Positions 1 through 14,249 of a stretch of 64,000 nucleotides of DNA are shown one piece after another (position 1 is the first letter of the stretch; every line of letters starts with the position of its first letter). The translations under genes were made by a program, and so were the position numbers. Source of the DNA: Lama guanicoe (lineage: Eukaryota); the NCBI GenBank assembly GCA_013239625.1, contig MU053652.1, forward strand, positions 6,439,902-6,503,901, in the 5' to 3' direction. The notes below the pieces were generated by a model. The model searched no databases. It worked only from the letters and a program-made list of their open reading frames with translations, and had not been told where the DNA came from.

Positions 1-358
1 GCATCACAAAAGGTGGTTTAAGGAGGCCACACAAACATCTGTCCAGCTCCAAACTCTACACCAACTCAATGAACTACACAGTAAGAATGCCCTCTTCCAC
101 TGCAATTCTGAAGCAAAGAAGCTATAACGATAAAGAAGAGGTTTCACTGGTGGTTTTACACTGTAAACTTTTACTATGAATTATATTTTTATGCTAAATT
201 ATCTTGGTCATGAGAGATGATTTTCCATTTCTTCAATTTGAACTTCCTAATTGGCTAACGCGTTGGCAAGTCTGCAGTTTCAGCAGCTCGCCGAAACCCT
301 CACAAAGCTTAAAGTCACCCTGGTCCTGGGCACACTCTGAAACTGTTTCATCTTACAG

Positions 359-399
359 TGCCATGGGCCACTGCTGCTGCTGGCTCCCCAAGGCTCCTG
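359..399 (+). other. Candidate exon with Kozak ATG (MGHCCCWLPKAP)
   Basis: tttcatcttacag| acceptor, gccATGG at 363, CTG|gtaagt donor at 400; no homology recognised. Confidence 0.25.
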
Positions 400-1049
400 G
401 TAAGTGAGGTCACGTCTTGAGGCTCAACATTACTTCCTTCACTGAAGCCCCAGTGATGGCTCAAATTTCCAATTTTAACTCAATCCTTAATTATCAGTTT
501 CTCATTTCATTGCCCTTGGTTGAAAGCTCTATTCTCTTCTCTCCACCAATGACTGCCTCATTTTCTTTGAGATTTTCAGTTTGCTGCCTCCGTGAAATAT
601 ACCTTGGAAACTGCATCCATTCTGAACAATCTTTTGATTTTAAAAGCATTTATTAATCTTTGACTGAAAGCAAGACTAGTTGTCTGGTAATGGAGTATGA
701 TACTAGTAACATTTCCAGGTTATCTATCGGTTAACAGAAATTTCCCTTTGCGTTCCATAAACATGGGGAAGTTTTCTTAGGTCTTACTTGAAGAGCTAAG
801 ATTTTTAAGGATTATTTAGAAATATTGACCATAAAAGTAGAAAAATGTTTTTTTTCTGGGTAGTATGGAGTAGAGGTGGACTCTGTGGAAGTGGTTTTAG
901 TCAAAAGCCACTTACTTTATATCTGGAACTAGTAGAAGAAAACTGCTGCCCAAGAAATTTTGGCTAGTCATGACAATCTATTTTAGGATAAATAATCTGA
1001 TAAACTAAAACAAAGTATGCTTTCTGATGTTTATTGCTGCATTTATTAA

Positions 1050-1165
1050 TTAATTTAATATATTTTCTAAATAGCAACCATGTGCCTGATATTTTTCTAG
1101 GAATAAAAGGTACATCAATAAACATGACAAAAAAAAATCCTTGCTTTTACAGAGCTTGAATCTTC
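1050..1165. mobile_element. L2 fragment
   Basis: atttatt...ccatgtgcc...aaatccttgcttttacagagctt resembles the L2 3' end. Confidence 0.45.
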
Positions 1166-2089
1166 TCCTAGTATAATTATGGCTTTTAATTAATATTAAA
1201 AATTATAATGTATTTTGAAATTATTTGGGGTAATGCCCCATCTCTTCTCAAAGAGTTCATCATTTTATCTGACATTATTGAACAAACCCAGCTTTTGCTC
1301 ACTAATATGAAATGCCTCATTTCATATATACAATTTCTATGTGCATACTTGGGTTTATTTAGACTCTGTTGTCTCTTTTCTTTTACTGGTTTATCTTATT
1401 CTTCTCATCCCAGGACCAAATGATCATCACAAAAATGCTACTGTGGCTCTTGTCCAGAAGCTGTCATTATTATTACTGTTATTATTACATGGCACCAAAT
1501 CTGAAGCAGAATTCAATGAGATCTTTATTTCTCTAAAATTAAATATATTTCAGAAGGCAAAGTAAAAAGCGTGAATTTTACTGAGAATGTGTTTTAGAAT
1601 AAGGGACAATAACAGTGATAATAATAATTAACAATTAACATTGAACATTTCTCCTCTATCAAAATTGCTTTTCTCTAAAATTCTAGTTCTCTCTCCTTTG
1701 GATTCTCAGTCAACTTTCCCCAGCCTCCAGCCTTCGGTCTCTTCAAACATCTTATTCTTGGTCCTTCATTTTGCATGTAAATATATTTAGTTCTGCCCCA
1801 GCTCTTTCAAAGTGAGCAATTAAATTCCTCTAAGAGTGTGAAAGTTCTTTATAGTGAGAATGAATCAGTGCTAAGAAAACAGATGTTCCAATTATTAAAA
1901 CCCACTGATTTAGAAAAGACAGAGTAGGGGGGTGATAGTTAAGTAGTGGAGGGATCATGAATCATAAATAACACAAACATCTTTTTGTTGATCTTAAACG
2001 CAATTGAAATAACAAAATATTTTCCTGCTGCATATAAAACGTCAGCTAGGTATGCTTATGATGTGCTGGACGCATTACGTGCCAGCAAA

Positions 2090-2215
2090 TATTTATCTTT
2101 ATTTTCCAGTTGAAGATACTGAGTTCAGAAAGATTACACAAATTGTTCAAAGTTACATTGCTAGTATATGGCAGAGCTGACCTTTGAATTCATACCTAAT
2201 CCAAAGCTTTTGGAC
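2090..2215 (-). mobile_element. MIR SINE fragment
   Basis: ttttccagttgaagatactgagttcagaaagatt...aaagttacattgctagtatatggcagagctg matches the MIR core. Confidence 0.65.
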
Positions 2216-2409
2216 ATGTTTTATATGCAGTATGTTTTGATACCTGAAAAATCAGGTACCACTAGTGTAACGTTTTCCTCTATACACTTAATTGCTGTCC
2301 TTATAGAAAAATATTTAGCATCTAAGGGATAAAATTCAATGAGGTTGGAAACATATACAGATGCCTAAGATAATTAGGCCTTGATTTGCTACATTCATAG
2401 ACATGTACA

Positions 2410-2977
2410 TGCGGTAGTCAGTTTTATATGTCAACTTGTCTATACTAAAGTAACCAGTGATTTAATCAAACCCTGATCTGGGCATCTCTGTGAAGACTGT
2501 TGATGCAGTGAACATGTGGTTGTGTGTTAACGAAATTAGTTGATTCTGAGTAGAGAATAAGTATCACCCTTGATAATGTGGGTAATCCTCATCCAATCAC
2601 CTGAAGGCTCAAGAGTAAAAACTGAGGATTCCAGAAGAAAAATTGTGCCATGAGACTGCAACACCAACTCCTGCTTGAGTTTCCAGTCTGCTGGCCTGCC
2701 CTACAAAATTCAGATGTGCCAGCTGCCACTTTGCATGAGCTGATACCTTAAAATAAATCTATATTGATATCCATATCTACGTCTCTAAATAATATGAATA
2801 GATATGCATACAATTATATATACTCACACAGTAAGGTATTCATGTGTAGATACACAAACATAATACTGCATAGATATGGATATATATATTTATTTCATAT
2901 ACATTATGAATAGATACATAAACACCTACATTAATACCCTATTGATTCTGTTTCTCTGGAGAAGTCTGTATGATACA
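2410..2977 (+). mobile_element. MLT2-type (ERVL) solo LTR
   Basis: TG...CA termini; ttttatatgtcaacttg start, ccttaaaataaatct, cctattgattctgtttctctggagaa end; internal AT-rich expansion typical of MLT2. Confidence 0.8.
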
Positions 2978-5359
2978 GGACTTAATCAGGTATCTGAATA
3001 GTACAAAACATCTGCCATACAACAAAATTTTAGAGATGTCTACTGTACCCATTCTTACTGCAACAAATAAGACATTTTACAACCTTATTATTGCATAACA
3101 GAAGTGATTTAGGCAGCATTTACAGGTGCAGAAAAAGAAAAATATTTTAAAGTAATTTTTCTCTTTTCAGTTCATAATTCCTATGGGTAGAATTTATCCT
3201 CAAGTAGTTTAGTAATTTATCAGCAATTGATAATCTCTGAATACTTACATTTAGTTGTGGCTAATTTAGAGTAATATGCATTTCATAGACTATGCATATA
3301 TTAAATATATATGTGTGTGCATTCAAATATAATTGTGGTATTTGGAACTAACATGAAATAATTTCTCACTAAATCACTCCTCAATTATAAGGTAATTTTA
3401 AGTAAATGGTTTTAGAATTTCTTAAGTATTTCTCTATTTTATTTACTAACTAACCTAGAGAGAAAGTGTAACTCTAAAAATCATCATGGAATGCCTGGGA
3501 AATTAATACCAAATTTAACAGTACATATATACACACAAATATATATATACATACATACATACACTGCACAAGCAACATAATGAATAAAGCACGCTTTGTT
3601 ATTTAGTAACGTCAATAATAAACTACTTTACTTCTCAATGTAAAGACACAAGTTCATTGAATTTCCTGTGTATTTGAATACTTGACTATAGTTCATAAAA
3701 TATGATGAACTCATTGAAATTAAGTTCTCATCATGGAGAAAGATAAATCGTTTTCCATATTTTTAAAAATATTAATGCTGGTTACAAAAGGAATTATTGT
3801 CCTATTTAGAGTTCAAATTCAAGGTTTATATAGTAAGAACTTTTAAGGCAAGGGCACATTGTTCTGACTCAAACTTCTTAAACTGGTAGTAGAATGTGTC
3901 TCATATTGATTTGTGTTTGTTAAAAATAAACACACAAAAAACATCATTAAATGGATTGTAAAAGAGTGAACCGAGGTACTGCTACAGGTTTTTTGTTGTT
4001 GTTGAAATAAATTATTTTCTTAGTTTAAGTGATGCATTTAGTAATGCAAGTTATTCTTCAAAGCTGTTATGTTAGGTCGATATTTTTAGATTCATTATAA
4101 CCACACCATGAGTTCAAGGAAAAAATATGAAGAGACTCTGGGCAAGAATCTGGTAAATGATAATAGTGGTAGAGGTAAAGTTCCCAAATGTGGTTATTAA
4201 CAGGTGTCACTTTACATTTAATTGGCTAAAACAAGCCAATTGAAATAAAGGACTTTTGGATTTCCACTTTGAGATTTTTATCACCACCACTGCTATTATG
4301 CATGGCATCAAAGAGATGTGTCTGATTTAATTTAGGCATGTAAGGAATATTAGGATTCTTGAAGCAGAGCCACTAAAAATCAATCTTTATAAATCTCAAT
4401 TATTCAGTTATATTTTCACACATGTATTTCTATCTTAATATAATGTTAACGATAAATGTAAATTCATCAAAACTACTTGGGTCGTAGTAGAGAGAACATA
4501 ATATAATTAGACATAGATGGAACATTTATCTTCATTTAGTATCAAACATGGGCAAAGCACACATGATTTTTAAAAATATCAAAGTCACCATAATAACCTA
4601 TGCCTCTCCTTAGAGAAAAAGAAAGTTTCTCTTTGAGATTTCTCACATTAAACATTTATAAATTATAGCAATATAAGGATTTTCCTAACCTCTTTCACCT
4701 CATCTTGTCAAAATGATAGCTTAGTCACAGATTGGATTAGAGCAGGAACCACCAGATGAATTAAATACCACATGTGATAAAATGAAAGTCACAGTTATTA
4801 TGTAGGAAATGAAAGGAGACTCCTCTCCCTGAAAAGTCTCAGGAGTGCTGGCATGAGAGTGTTTGCCTGTTGCTCTTTATCTCTCTCATTTCCAGTAGAA
4901 TTCTGGGCTGTTTGAATCACACTCTGAGATGCAAGATCACTAAAACATCCAGGGGAAGAAAAGGATATTTCCAGAAGTCACTGAAAAACAGCATCTACTC
5001 TAATAATACAATGACCAAATAAATAAGTGGTGCTCATAATTAAGCTGTTCAGACCAACATAAGGACATCATTCTGTACATTATCTGATCTCATTCTTTCA
5101 GGGTTGCAGCTGACTGTCACTTGACTAATTGAAATTCCGCTCCATTGCTGGCTGTTGGGAACACCAAGGAAACCTGCCATTGTGTATTTCTATTAGACTA
5201 GCAGATGTTATATGGATCAATATAAACATGACATAAAATAGGCTTTTATAAAACACATCCATTAGCCTCTGAAAGGTTCAGGATAATGAAATCATGAAAA
5301 ATATTAATTTTATATTTTGTCAGGACCTGTTTTACAGAGTCCAAAACCTGGTAAATCAA

Positions 5360-5361
<2 letters not shown>

Positions 5362-5393
<32 letters not shown>
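5362..5393 (+). repeat. (AC)16 microsatellite
   Basis: Perfect AC run. Confidence 0.95.
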
Positions 5394-5396
<3 letters not shown>

Positions 5397-5569
5397 CATT
5401 CACTTATTTTTATTTCACTCATTTTGAAGTCGGTGATAAAAATAAAATGAGCCCTAAGAATCTGACTTTTCTTTTATTTTCCTGTTATTTTGATTTTCTC
5501 CAGCCTGCATCTTAGGATTGATATAAATCTCATGTTTCATATTTGGCTCTAATTATTTTATACAAAGTT

Positions 5570-7090
5570 AGCTAAATGGTGGAGGCAGGACCTCTGAAAG
5601 TCCATCCTCTACAAAAACAATGAAACACTGGCAACAACTGTCAAAATCAACACTTTTCAGAACTATGAAAATTAAACAAAAGCTTGAAACAATCTAGAGA
5701 ATGGCTAAATTTCAGTTAAAAAAAGTGAGCTTTGTGGCATTTTAACTTATCCTATTCCCATACTTCTCAGCTCAGTGGTAGCCTTGAAAATCAACAGCTT
5801 TGTAAATAAGGTAACTATGAAAACTGGAAACCTAGCAGTCACTAGAAATGGCAAGACAGAGTTTGAAAAGAACTGTCACTATTTGACATGTTTGTCAGTT
5901 CCTTGAGAAGTTTCATTATCAGGATTTGTTTTTACTTGATCTGACTTAGAAACAACTCTGTTTGAACTCCATGTGAACTGCCCTTTCTCTAGGACACTTG
6001 TTGAAAACCATCAGCAGCAGTGGTTTAACATCACTGTTTGCTAATAATGTTACTCACTGGATCTAACAGCAGTCTGTTGAAAAGTCTTAAAAGGACTAAA
6101 TGAAAAAGAGATTTCCATAAATAGCTTGTGAAAGCTCTTGACATATTCTTGTGGATATAAACATCACATAAAGGTGCAGGGCTGTGTGAATGTACAGGGA
6201 AGTACTGAGAAGGGCCTAAATTCTCACCTGTGGCTGACCCTGACGGTCTATGTAAGCAGAAGTTGAAGGCTAAGCTGGAGTTGTCAGCTTCCTGCTGGAA
6301 CACTAAAAGCATTCCTCACAGCATGCAGAGCTCCAAGGCAAAGACTGGGAGACTCACTTGTTCAAATGAGTTAAGGATATCCCTGTCTGATCATTATCTG
6401 ACCACAAAGTCAATGAAGCATAGACCTCAGTGGCTGCACTTGATGAATAATAGAGGCTATAAAAAATTAGTCCAGGAAAAGTGTTAAACAAATAATTATT
6501 ATCCACAAACTACTACAATGACAACAACCAGCCATAATCATAAATCCAAACAAATTAGGTAAAATCTGATTACTATTATTTCAAATGTCTAGTGTTGAAC
6601 AAAAAATTATGAGAGACACAGGAGATAGAAAAGTGTGGCTTATACACAAGAAAAAAAAAGTGAAAAAAGATGTCTCTGAGGAATCCCAGATGTGGAACTT
6701 TAATGATTTTTAATGAACTATTATAAATTTGCTCAGGTAACTAAAGAAAATATATCTAGAAAATTAAAGGAGTATGTGAATATGTTTCAACAAATAGATA
6801 ACAGCAACAATGCCATAAAATTTTTTTAAAAGAATAATATAGAAATTATGGAGTTGAAATGTACAATAACTGAAATTTTTAAAAAAGTCACTAGAGGAAT
6901 TCAATAGCAGATTAGAACTGGCAGAAGAAAGAATCAACTAACATGAAGGTAGAATCATTAAGATTATGTAGCAGAACACATAAAGAACAAAAAAGATACA
7001 GATAAATGAACAAAGTTTCAGAGATCTGAGAGACACCATCAAGCATGCCAACATACATACAATGGGCATCTCATAAGAGAGGAGAGAAAG
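5570..7090 (+). mobile_element. Old L1M 5' region and decayed ORF1
   Basis: aaatggtggag...cttttcagaactatgaaaattaaacaaaagcttg 5' signature; ORF1-like tcaatagcagattagaactggcagaagaaagaatc...gacaccatcaagcatgccaacatac. Confidence 0.7.
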
Positions 7091-7094
7091 TGGC

Positions 7095-7312
7095 TCTTCT
7101 TTGCCTCCAGAAGCTCTAGAGGTCCAGTTGATACTTCATGACCCAAAATCCTCATAATAAATCACACTGTTACTCTCTGCTGGGGCTCAAAGTCCCCACA
7201 TAAACAAATTCACTCTCATTGGGCCAGGCATTCCAAGAGTTTAGATATTACTTTCCAGGAATTAAGGGCAGAGGCCAGATCTCTCTTTGGGTAAAGTCAA
7301 TTTTTTTTCACA
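7095..7312. mobile_element. MER21-like LTR fragment interrupting the old L1
   Basis: ggcagaggccagatctctctttgggtaaagtcaat...cacaca resembles the MER21 terminus. Confidence 0.55.
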
Positions 7313-7314
7313 CA

Positions 7315-7745
7315 GATGTATTATAAAACATCTATTTAATACAGAGGAAGGTGGTAAAGGAGGAAAAGTGAAAAAAATGATATAAGTCACATAAAAAATA
7401 TACAACAAATGGATTACTCACATAAAACTTTTTCAGTAATTAAATGGGAATGGAGTAAACACACCAATTAAAGGCTGGAGAATGGCAGAATGATTAAAAA
7501 TACATCATACAACTATACCCTATTCTCCAGAGACACACTTTAGATTCCAAGACATACAGATTGAGCATAATAAGATGGATAAAGATATACAATGTGAACA
7601 AAAGGGGGCTGGCAGGGCTATATTAATAGCAGATTTTACTAATATAGACTCTATGCCAAAAATTGTTACTAAAGACAAAGGAGATCTTACAATGATAAAA
7701 GGGTCTTCAAAAACATAAAAATTACAAACAATATATGCATCTAAT
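7315..7745 (+). mobile_element. Old L1 inter-ORF region and ORF2 endonuclease remnant
   Basis: aatggagtaaacacaccaattaaagg...gagacacactttagattccaagac...aatatatgcatctaat (N-x-N-G-L, QETH and NIYAPN-like remnants). Confidence 0.7.
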
Positions 7746-8399
7746 GTGGCTGTGTGATTTATTCCAGTCAAGCTATTAGTGGATGTAACAAGAATGATTC
7801 CTAGACAAAGCATTAACTGTTGGTGTAAAGAGTCTGCAGACATTTCACTTTTCTTTGTATTGTAGAGGCTATCAAAATTCAACACAGTAATGTGGCTACT
7901 CCATCAGTCTGGGTCTAGAAGGATACAGAAGAATTTGGCAGCTCTGGAATTTTCTCCTTTTATCTGTATGAAATTGGACAAGTTAATTAATGTCTCGGAG
8001 CCTAACAATTTCCTTGAGTGTAAAACAGAGATAATAATGTTTGAATATATATCTAAAATTCTTAATAATTTTTGAGTAAGATATGCATATCCAAATACAT
8101 GGTGAGTAAGCTATGCATCTCCAAATACATGAGGGCAATAAGTACCACTTTCTTGGGAAATTCTGTGGCTATGTTTTCCCCAATCTTTGTTGGAAATTCC
8201 TGTAATTTGTATTGGTCAATATATAACAAGGCAGAAATAGTAAGTCTAAACTTCCTCAAGTATCAAAGTATCAGCTCTCTTACTTTAAGTCTACAATTTA
8301 CCTTGATACCTAAAAAAAGAACAAAAATACCTTTAATCCAATGATATCCAGCCCAAGTTAAACCTTCTGCAAGTGCCTGAATGCATCAGATCATTTTTT

Positions 8400-8910
8400 T
8401 GTGTTTGTTGCAGCACATCTATTTAAAAAAAAATTAATAATATATATTTTGTGTCCACTGAGTGCAGAGGAGTCTACAAGACCCTGAGCATACAGAGACT
8501 CCATCTTTACCTGGAAAGTCTCAACTTCTAAAGGGAAGCAGAGGTGGCAAATTCTAAACCAAAAATCATAATAGAACTTAATAGCCCTGTGACAGACGTA
8601 GGCAATCTGCTCAACTTCCTTCAGGAAGTGAATGTCTAAAGAAGTGCTATAAGTGACTTTATTATGCACAAAAACATGGAGATCAATAAAATGGTGTTTT
8701 CAGAAAACGACAGAAAAATCAAAGGGCTGATTACGAGTTAAATACTGGTACGTGGAAGAGCGGTGAAAATCAATGCAACAGTTATTCTTAGATTCCGCAT
8801 CATGTGGACTTCATATTTAAGGTCATGGAGTAAACGATTTTAAGTTTGAGAGTAGCATGACTAGATTTACATTTAGAAAAATCACTATGGCAACAGACTA
8901 CAGAATAGTA
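8400..8910. mobile_element. L2 fragments
   Basis: gattttaag...gagtagcatgactagatttacatttagaaaaatcactatggc. Confidence 0.5.
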
Positions 8911-9309
8911 AGCCTTCCAGTCATGCAAGCAACCATTCATTCATTCATTCACTCATATATATATTCCAAACATGAGTGAGTATTTATTGCGTAGCTCAAT
9001 GTAACACACGATGAAAGTACAAGAATTCATTTTCTCCCTGTTCATCCTCTTTTCTCTCCATCCCTCCCTCTCTCTCACTTAGCTTACTGAGAAGCATTAA
9101 AGACTGATAGTAAACAAAGACAGATAATAAACAAATAATTTAGTAGATGAATACAGCAAATTATATAAGAAATTATGGTGGTCTGAAATAGATCTCTGAT
9201 AGTAGTACTGGAGAGAATAGTAGTATTGGAGAATATACTGGAGGAGTTCTTTGGAGTAGCAGTCTTGTGACATGGGGACAGATCAGAAGAAAGACTCCAG
9301 ACATAACAG

Positions 9310-9590
9310 GCTATATAACAGTATGACTCCATTTGTATGAAAAATCCAGAATAGAAAAGTCCACAGGGAGAGAAAGTAGGTAAGTCATTTCCAGTGGCTT
9401 GGGGGAGTGGGAAAGGGAGTGTGGCTGCTAACATGTACGGAATTTTTTGAAGGAGTTAATTTTTTTATATTAAGTTGACAGTGATAATGCACAACTTTGT
9501 AATTATATTAAAAATACTGAATTGTATACTTTAAAAATGGTGAGCTTTCTGATGCATGAATTATAGTTCAATTAAGCTGTTATAAAGATA
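9310..9590 (+). mobile_element. L1M(B/C/E) 3' end
   Basis: gtatgactccatttgtatgaaaaatccagaatag...aattgtatactttaaaaatggtgagc...caattaagctgtta. Confidence 0.75.
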
Positions 9591-11325
9591 GCACACTTAA
9601 ATATTGCTCTTGTTTGAATATAACATTTTAGGGACAAGTGTAATCATCACATATGTCTACTAATTTTCCAATATTATCACCAAAATAACTCTTTAGAAAA
9701 AAAATCTCTGGATCTTGAATATAATTCATTTGTAAGTTGTCTTTTTCAAAGGAATGTCTTCAAGATGACTTATGGCCTCTTGTGATCTGCCCTTATAGAG
9801 AATATTTCATTTTTTAAGAAGTATGTAAATATATAAATCCCCAAAGCTGGATTTGAAATTGGATAGTAGTAACACCTACCCTGTTTTTCTCTTTTTTGCT
9901 GTGTAAATATCTTAAGCCATTCTAGTGTGCTCTATACAGTAAAATTTTATCCACAATGTAACATAATACTACCTACCTAGAGCTTAGTTTCCAAAGCTCT
10001 GGGTAGTCCTTCAAACTGTTGTATACTCTACAAACAAGTCTTTTATTAGAAGATTTATGCTAATAATATTGAGTTAGAGTTTTCTTCCCCAAAAATGAGT
10101 CCGATATTTGGAATTTTTACTAGCCTCAAAAAGCTATTTTCAAGGAAAGTGATATTTTTGTTTATATGCTTCAGTAACTTTAAATTAAGGCAGTGGGGAA
10201 TTTAAAATGCTGGGGAAAAAAAGCTCAGCAAGAAATAACAATAAAAGACTAGCCACATGAAAGCATGGTAAGAGAAGCCAGTGGGATATAATTACTATTA
10301 ACATTATTATGGTAGGTGGGTTATGTTAGAGAGTGGTAACATCAAATGGTAGGAAAGTCAATGAAGCCACAGGATCACAAATCATTAGGAGAAAAACGTG
10401 TAAAACGTGTTATTTGCACTTGTTATTCTTCATGTGTGTTTTTCACTTGAAGAACTGAAGTGAAATTTAAATTGGTATTTCACAGGTACCAATTTTGCTT
10501 TTATAGAGTATTTACACCTTTAATTCTCCATAAGGAAGAAAGTTAAAAATTCACTTCAGTTACGTATGAAATCCTTACTTCTGTGACTGTTTTGTGATGT
10601 ATTTGCTTTAAATGCAGAAGTTATTTTTTTCTTATTTCTAGAAACAAAGCAATCTAATTTTTTAAATTCATAGTGAACTAACATAGCTAGTATTTTGGAA
10701 TAGAAAAACAGGAATATGAATATAGAATATTCATATAATACAAAATGGGCCTAAGTATTACTAACTGCTGTAAGAATTATCCTCTCACTATGCACATGTA
10801 GAAGATAGGACAATATATGTAAAATGATAGGATGATAGTTTTCTATCATCAACAACAGGTAGTGAATTCTGAAGAAAAAGGGAACAAAGGAGGTGATTTT
10901 CCTATTTGCCTCAACTTACTACCTGAGGCAGTTTCCAAACTTTAAAGAAAAAAAAAGTAACGGAGAAAGATGAACAGAAACTCTTAAACCTATGGAACAG
11001 CTTCAAATGCACCAAAACACATGAAATGGGAAACCAAGGAGAGGAGAGATAGAAAGAAGTAGGGCAACGTTTTTTTTCCTTTTACACCCTAAATATATAC
11101 AACGTTTATTTGTCAATCACACCGCAATAAAGTTGTAAAAAATGAGAATATTTGCTGAGGAGAGGCCAGGGTAGAAATAATACAGGAAATTAGTTAATGA
11201 TTTTTGCATCATTTTCTTTTGACATAGAGATCACATGTGATCTCAAAATGGAAATACATTTCAAAGAAGGCTCTCTGGTAGCTGGAGTTTCCACCCGTTT
11301 GTGCTCCTGTGTGTCTTTGCACCAG

Positions 11326-11837
11326 GATGTAGAGGGGTCCTCTCTGCTCTCAGGGGAGTGATCATGATGGTCCCTGAGACCCACACTGCTCTTGAGGATC
11401 AAGGAGAGCAAAGCGTCTGCTTCCTGTAAGTCTCTCAGTACTGGAGAGAATGCTCCCCGTGATGGACTAGGGGAGATCCTAGAGGTCTCCAAGCCTCCAG
11501 CCCCTGCCACACGTGGGGAGAGAGTCCCAGTCCAGCATATCTCGGTGAGCTAATCATGGGTTTCTATTATTTCAGCACTTGGGATCTACACCACTTTGGT
11601 CCATAATGCCTCCACTTCATGGAAGAATCAGTCATCTAGCTCAACTACAGTGTTGTTCCTAATATGAAAACATTGTCATATTGTTGGAGGTGTTAGTCTG
11701 TGATTTTGAGGTCAAAGAGAACACCTTGAACATGTACAACATGTAAAGCTGCTTCCCTGCTCTCCTGGCAGAACTGCAAAATGGCAGAAATGCACTTGTT
11801 TTCATTGTGATGCACAACCTAGCAGCAGCGCTTAGAG
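11326..11837 (+). other. Cluster of exon-like segments (11326-11425, 11772-11837) in GC-richer unique DNA
   Basis: tgtgtctttgcaccag| ... cct|gtaagt and ccctgctctcctggcag| ... gag|gtaagt; further gtgagc donor at 11545. Confidence 0.25.
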
Positions 11838-12891
11838 GTAAGTACATCCAGACCCCACCTGCATCCAATCATCAAAGACTCCTGATATTTACCAAAAGGG
11901 CCTGTCATTTTCAGAATGAAAAAGTGGCTTATGTCAGTTTGTGACAGCCAATTACAAATATGTAGACAGTCACAGGAAGTGTTTCACTTGACAGTGAAGT
12001 CTCTGCTTTCTATTCCAGGATTTCACCATAGACAAAAAAAGTATCAGCATTTTATCTATTTATACCTATCTGGTGTAAATATGAATAGGCGAGGCAGCAT
12101 AGTAATCATCACAAAGAGCTAATGACCTACAATAATAAATGATGGCAAATAAAAAGAGAAGATAAGAGGAAATGCATAACAGAGTCAATGGTAATTTGCT
12201 TCCAACCATGATGGAGTAACGGCGACTGGATTGTCTCAAATGCCTTAAAACACTAGAAATCTGGACTGATTTTCACATGTGTGACAACAGATATGACAGA
12301 TCTGTGATCTCTGAGTCAAGGGAAACAAAGGAGGTGAGCCTCATGCAGAGAGGGGAAATGCAGATGCAATCTTACAAGAGATCTTATTCTCTTGAAGGCA
12401 TCAATATCAAAAATCAAGTAGGTTAATGCAAATAGAATTTGGGGGCAGGATATTATGAAAAGGGGACCTGTACAAATATTCAAAGAGATCTCTTCAAGTT
12501 TTAGCTGAATATTGATATGACTGTAATACAAAAAAAGAAATTGCACAATTATAAGGAGAAAATTACTTGAAGTAGTAGGACTATCAATTCCTGGAGCTCA
12601 CATAGGGCTGGGAAGAATTCATCTTCCCATCAGCCGGGACAGAAAGACCTCTTAACTCAGAGCAAGGTCTGAGAAGTTTACTGAATTAATAATGAGACTC
12701 AATTTTGTCCACAGTAATAGCTGATCTGTATTCACTCTAACAAATCTTGAAGCAAGCCTTGAGAGGATTCAACTGATCCAAGTAATTAATTGCATTCTAG
12801 GCAATCTCCAACACTACTGAAAGAATACAGTAAAGTCCATCACCCAAATGGAAGATTCACAACATTCAGCACTTGATCACCAACTACCGGG

Positions 12892-13480
12892 TGTATCAGT
12901 CAGTGAGTGAGTGTTCCACCAAAGGAGTGGAACCAGTAGGAAATCAACATATTTACATAGAAAATTTATTTATATCTTCATAAATTAGGTTTTTATATGT
13001 TTATATATAAATGTATATATTTATATTTATATTTTTATAGGGATTAGATAATATATAACTTTGAGAACTGGCCAAGCAGTTTCTGCAAGTTTGTCTCTAC
13101 ACATAATGCTGAAGCCCAAAATTCCCTAGGCAGGCAGTCAGAGAGGGAGGCTTACAAGCAGTCTGGAACCTCAGGAACACAGGCTGGAATCCCATGATTT
13201 CAGAATGACACTTGTGCTCATTCTTGTTGCCCCTCACCTTGGTGACAAGGGAAAGGGCGTCTTGTATAAGCCAGGACCATTTATTGCAGAGCTGAATGCA
13301 TGTATACTTAGCCAGGAGTCAGAGAAACTGAAGGAATATCCAGGGGGAAGGGAAAGTAATTGAAGATCCAGCTGCGGCTTTACATCAACTGAGTGAGTGG
13401 GTGGATCACCAACAACATTTGTGTGCCAGCCAATGGTTGCTGCCTCCCTTTTGTACCACCTGCTCCCTCAACCCCAACTC
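12892..13480 (-). mobile_element. MLT2-type LTR
   Basis: tgtatcagtcag...gaaccagtaggaa, AT-rich block, gctgaagcccaaaattccctaggcaggcagtcag. Confidence 0.6.
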
Positions 13481-13485
13481 TAAAA

Positions 13486-14076
13486 TGTGTAATATCTATT
13501 GCTGCATAACAATATCACCACAAACTTAGTAGCTTAAAACAACATATGTATCTTCTCACTGTTTCTCTAGGTTAGGAGTCCAGACTTGGCTTATCTGCAT
13601 CTCTGCAGGTGCCAGTCAAGATGCAATCAAGGTGTCAGTGAGGGCTAGTTTCTCATCTGGAGGCTCGACTTGAGAAGAAGTCATGGTCCCACCTATCTGG
13701 TTGCTGGCAACATTCAGTTCCTTGCAGTTGGCATATTGTTAGCTTTAGGCTTTTATTTTCTGTCTTCTCAGCTGTCAGCTGGAGGTTATGCTCATCCCTA
13801 CAGGCTGCCTGTAGTTTCTCACCATGTGGGGTTTCCTAACATGGCTGCATGCCTCCTCACAGAAACAGGAAGAGAGAGAACCCAGCAAGAGAAAGCTACA
13901 ATTTTCTGTAACATAATTCCATATAAATAGTCATGTATATCCTGTTACCCTTGCTGTGTTCTACCAGTTAGAAGCAAACCACAGGACCCGTCCACACCCA
14001 TGGGGAGGAGATCACACAAAAGCACGAACACTGGGAGGTGGTTATTGTGAGGGCTACTGCAAAAATCTCTCTCACA
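13486..14076 (-). mobile_element. MLT1 (MaLR) solo LTR
   Basis: ctattgctgcataacaatatcaccacaaacttagtagcttaaaacaac...caatcaaggtgtcag...tagaagcaaaccacagg. Confidence 0.8.
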
Positions 14077-14249
14077 TATTGTGCATGAAAATTCAAAGGA
14101 GAGTATGATTTATAATTAGGAGGGAAAAACAGTAAAAATCACACGTTTAATAGAGTTAGCATATTTAAAGGGACTATTTCAATACACTGCATATATTCAG
14201 ATGGCTAGAGGAAAACATGAACACGGTGATGACAAAGAAATAAGAAACA

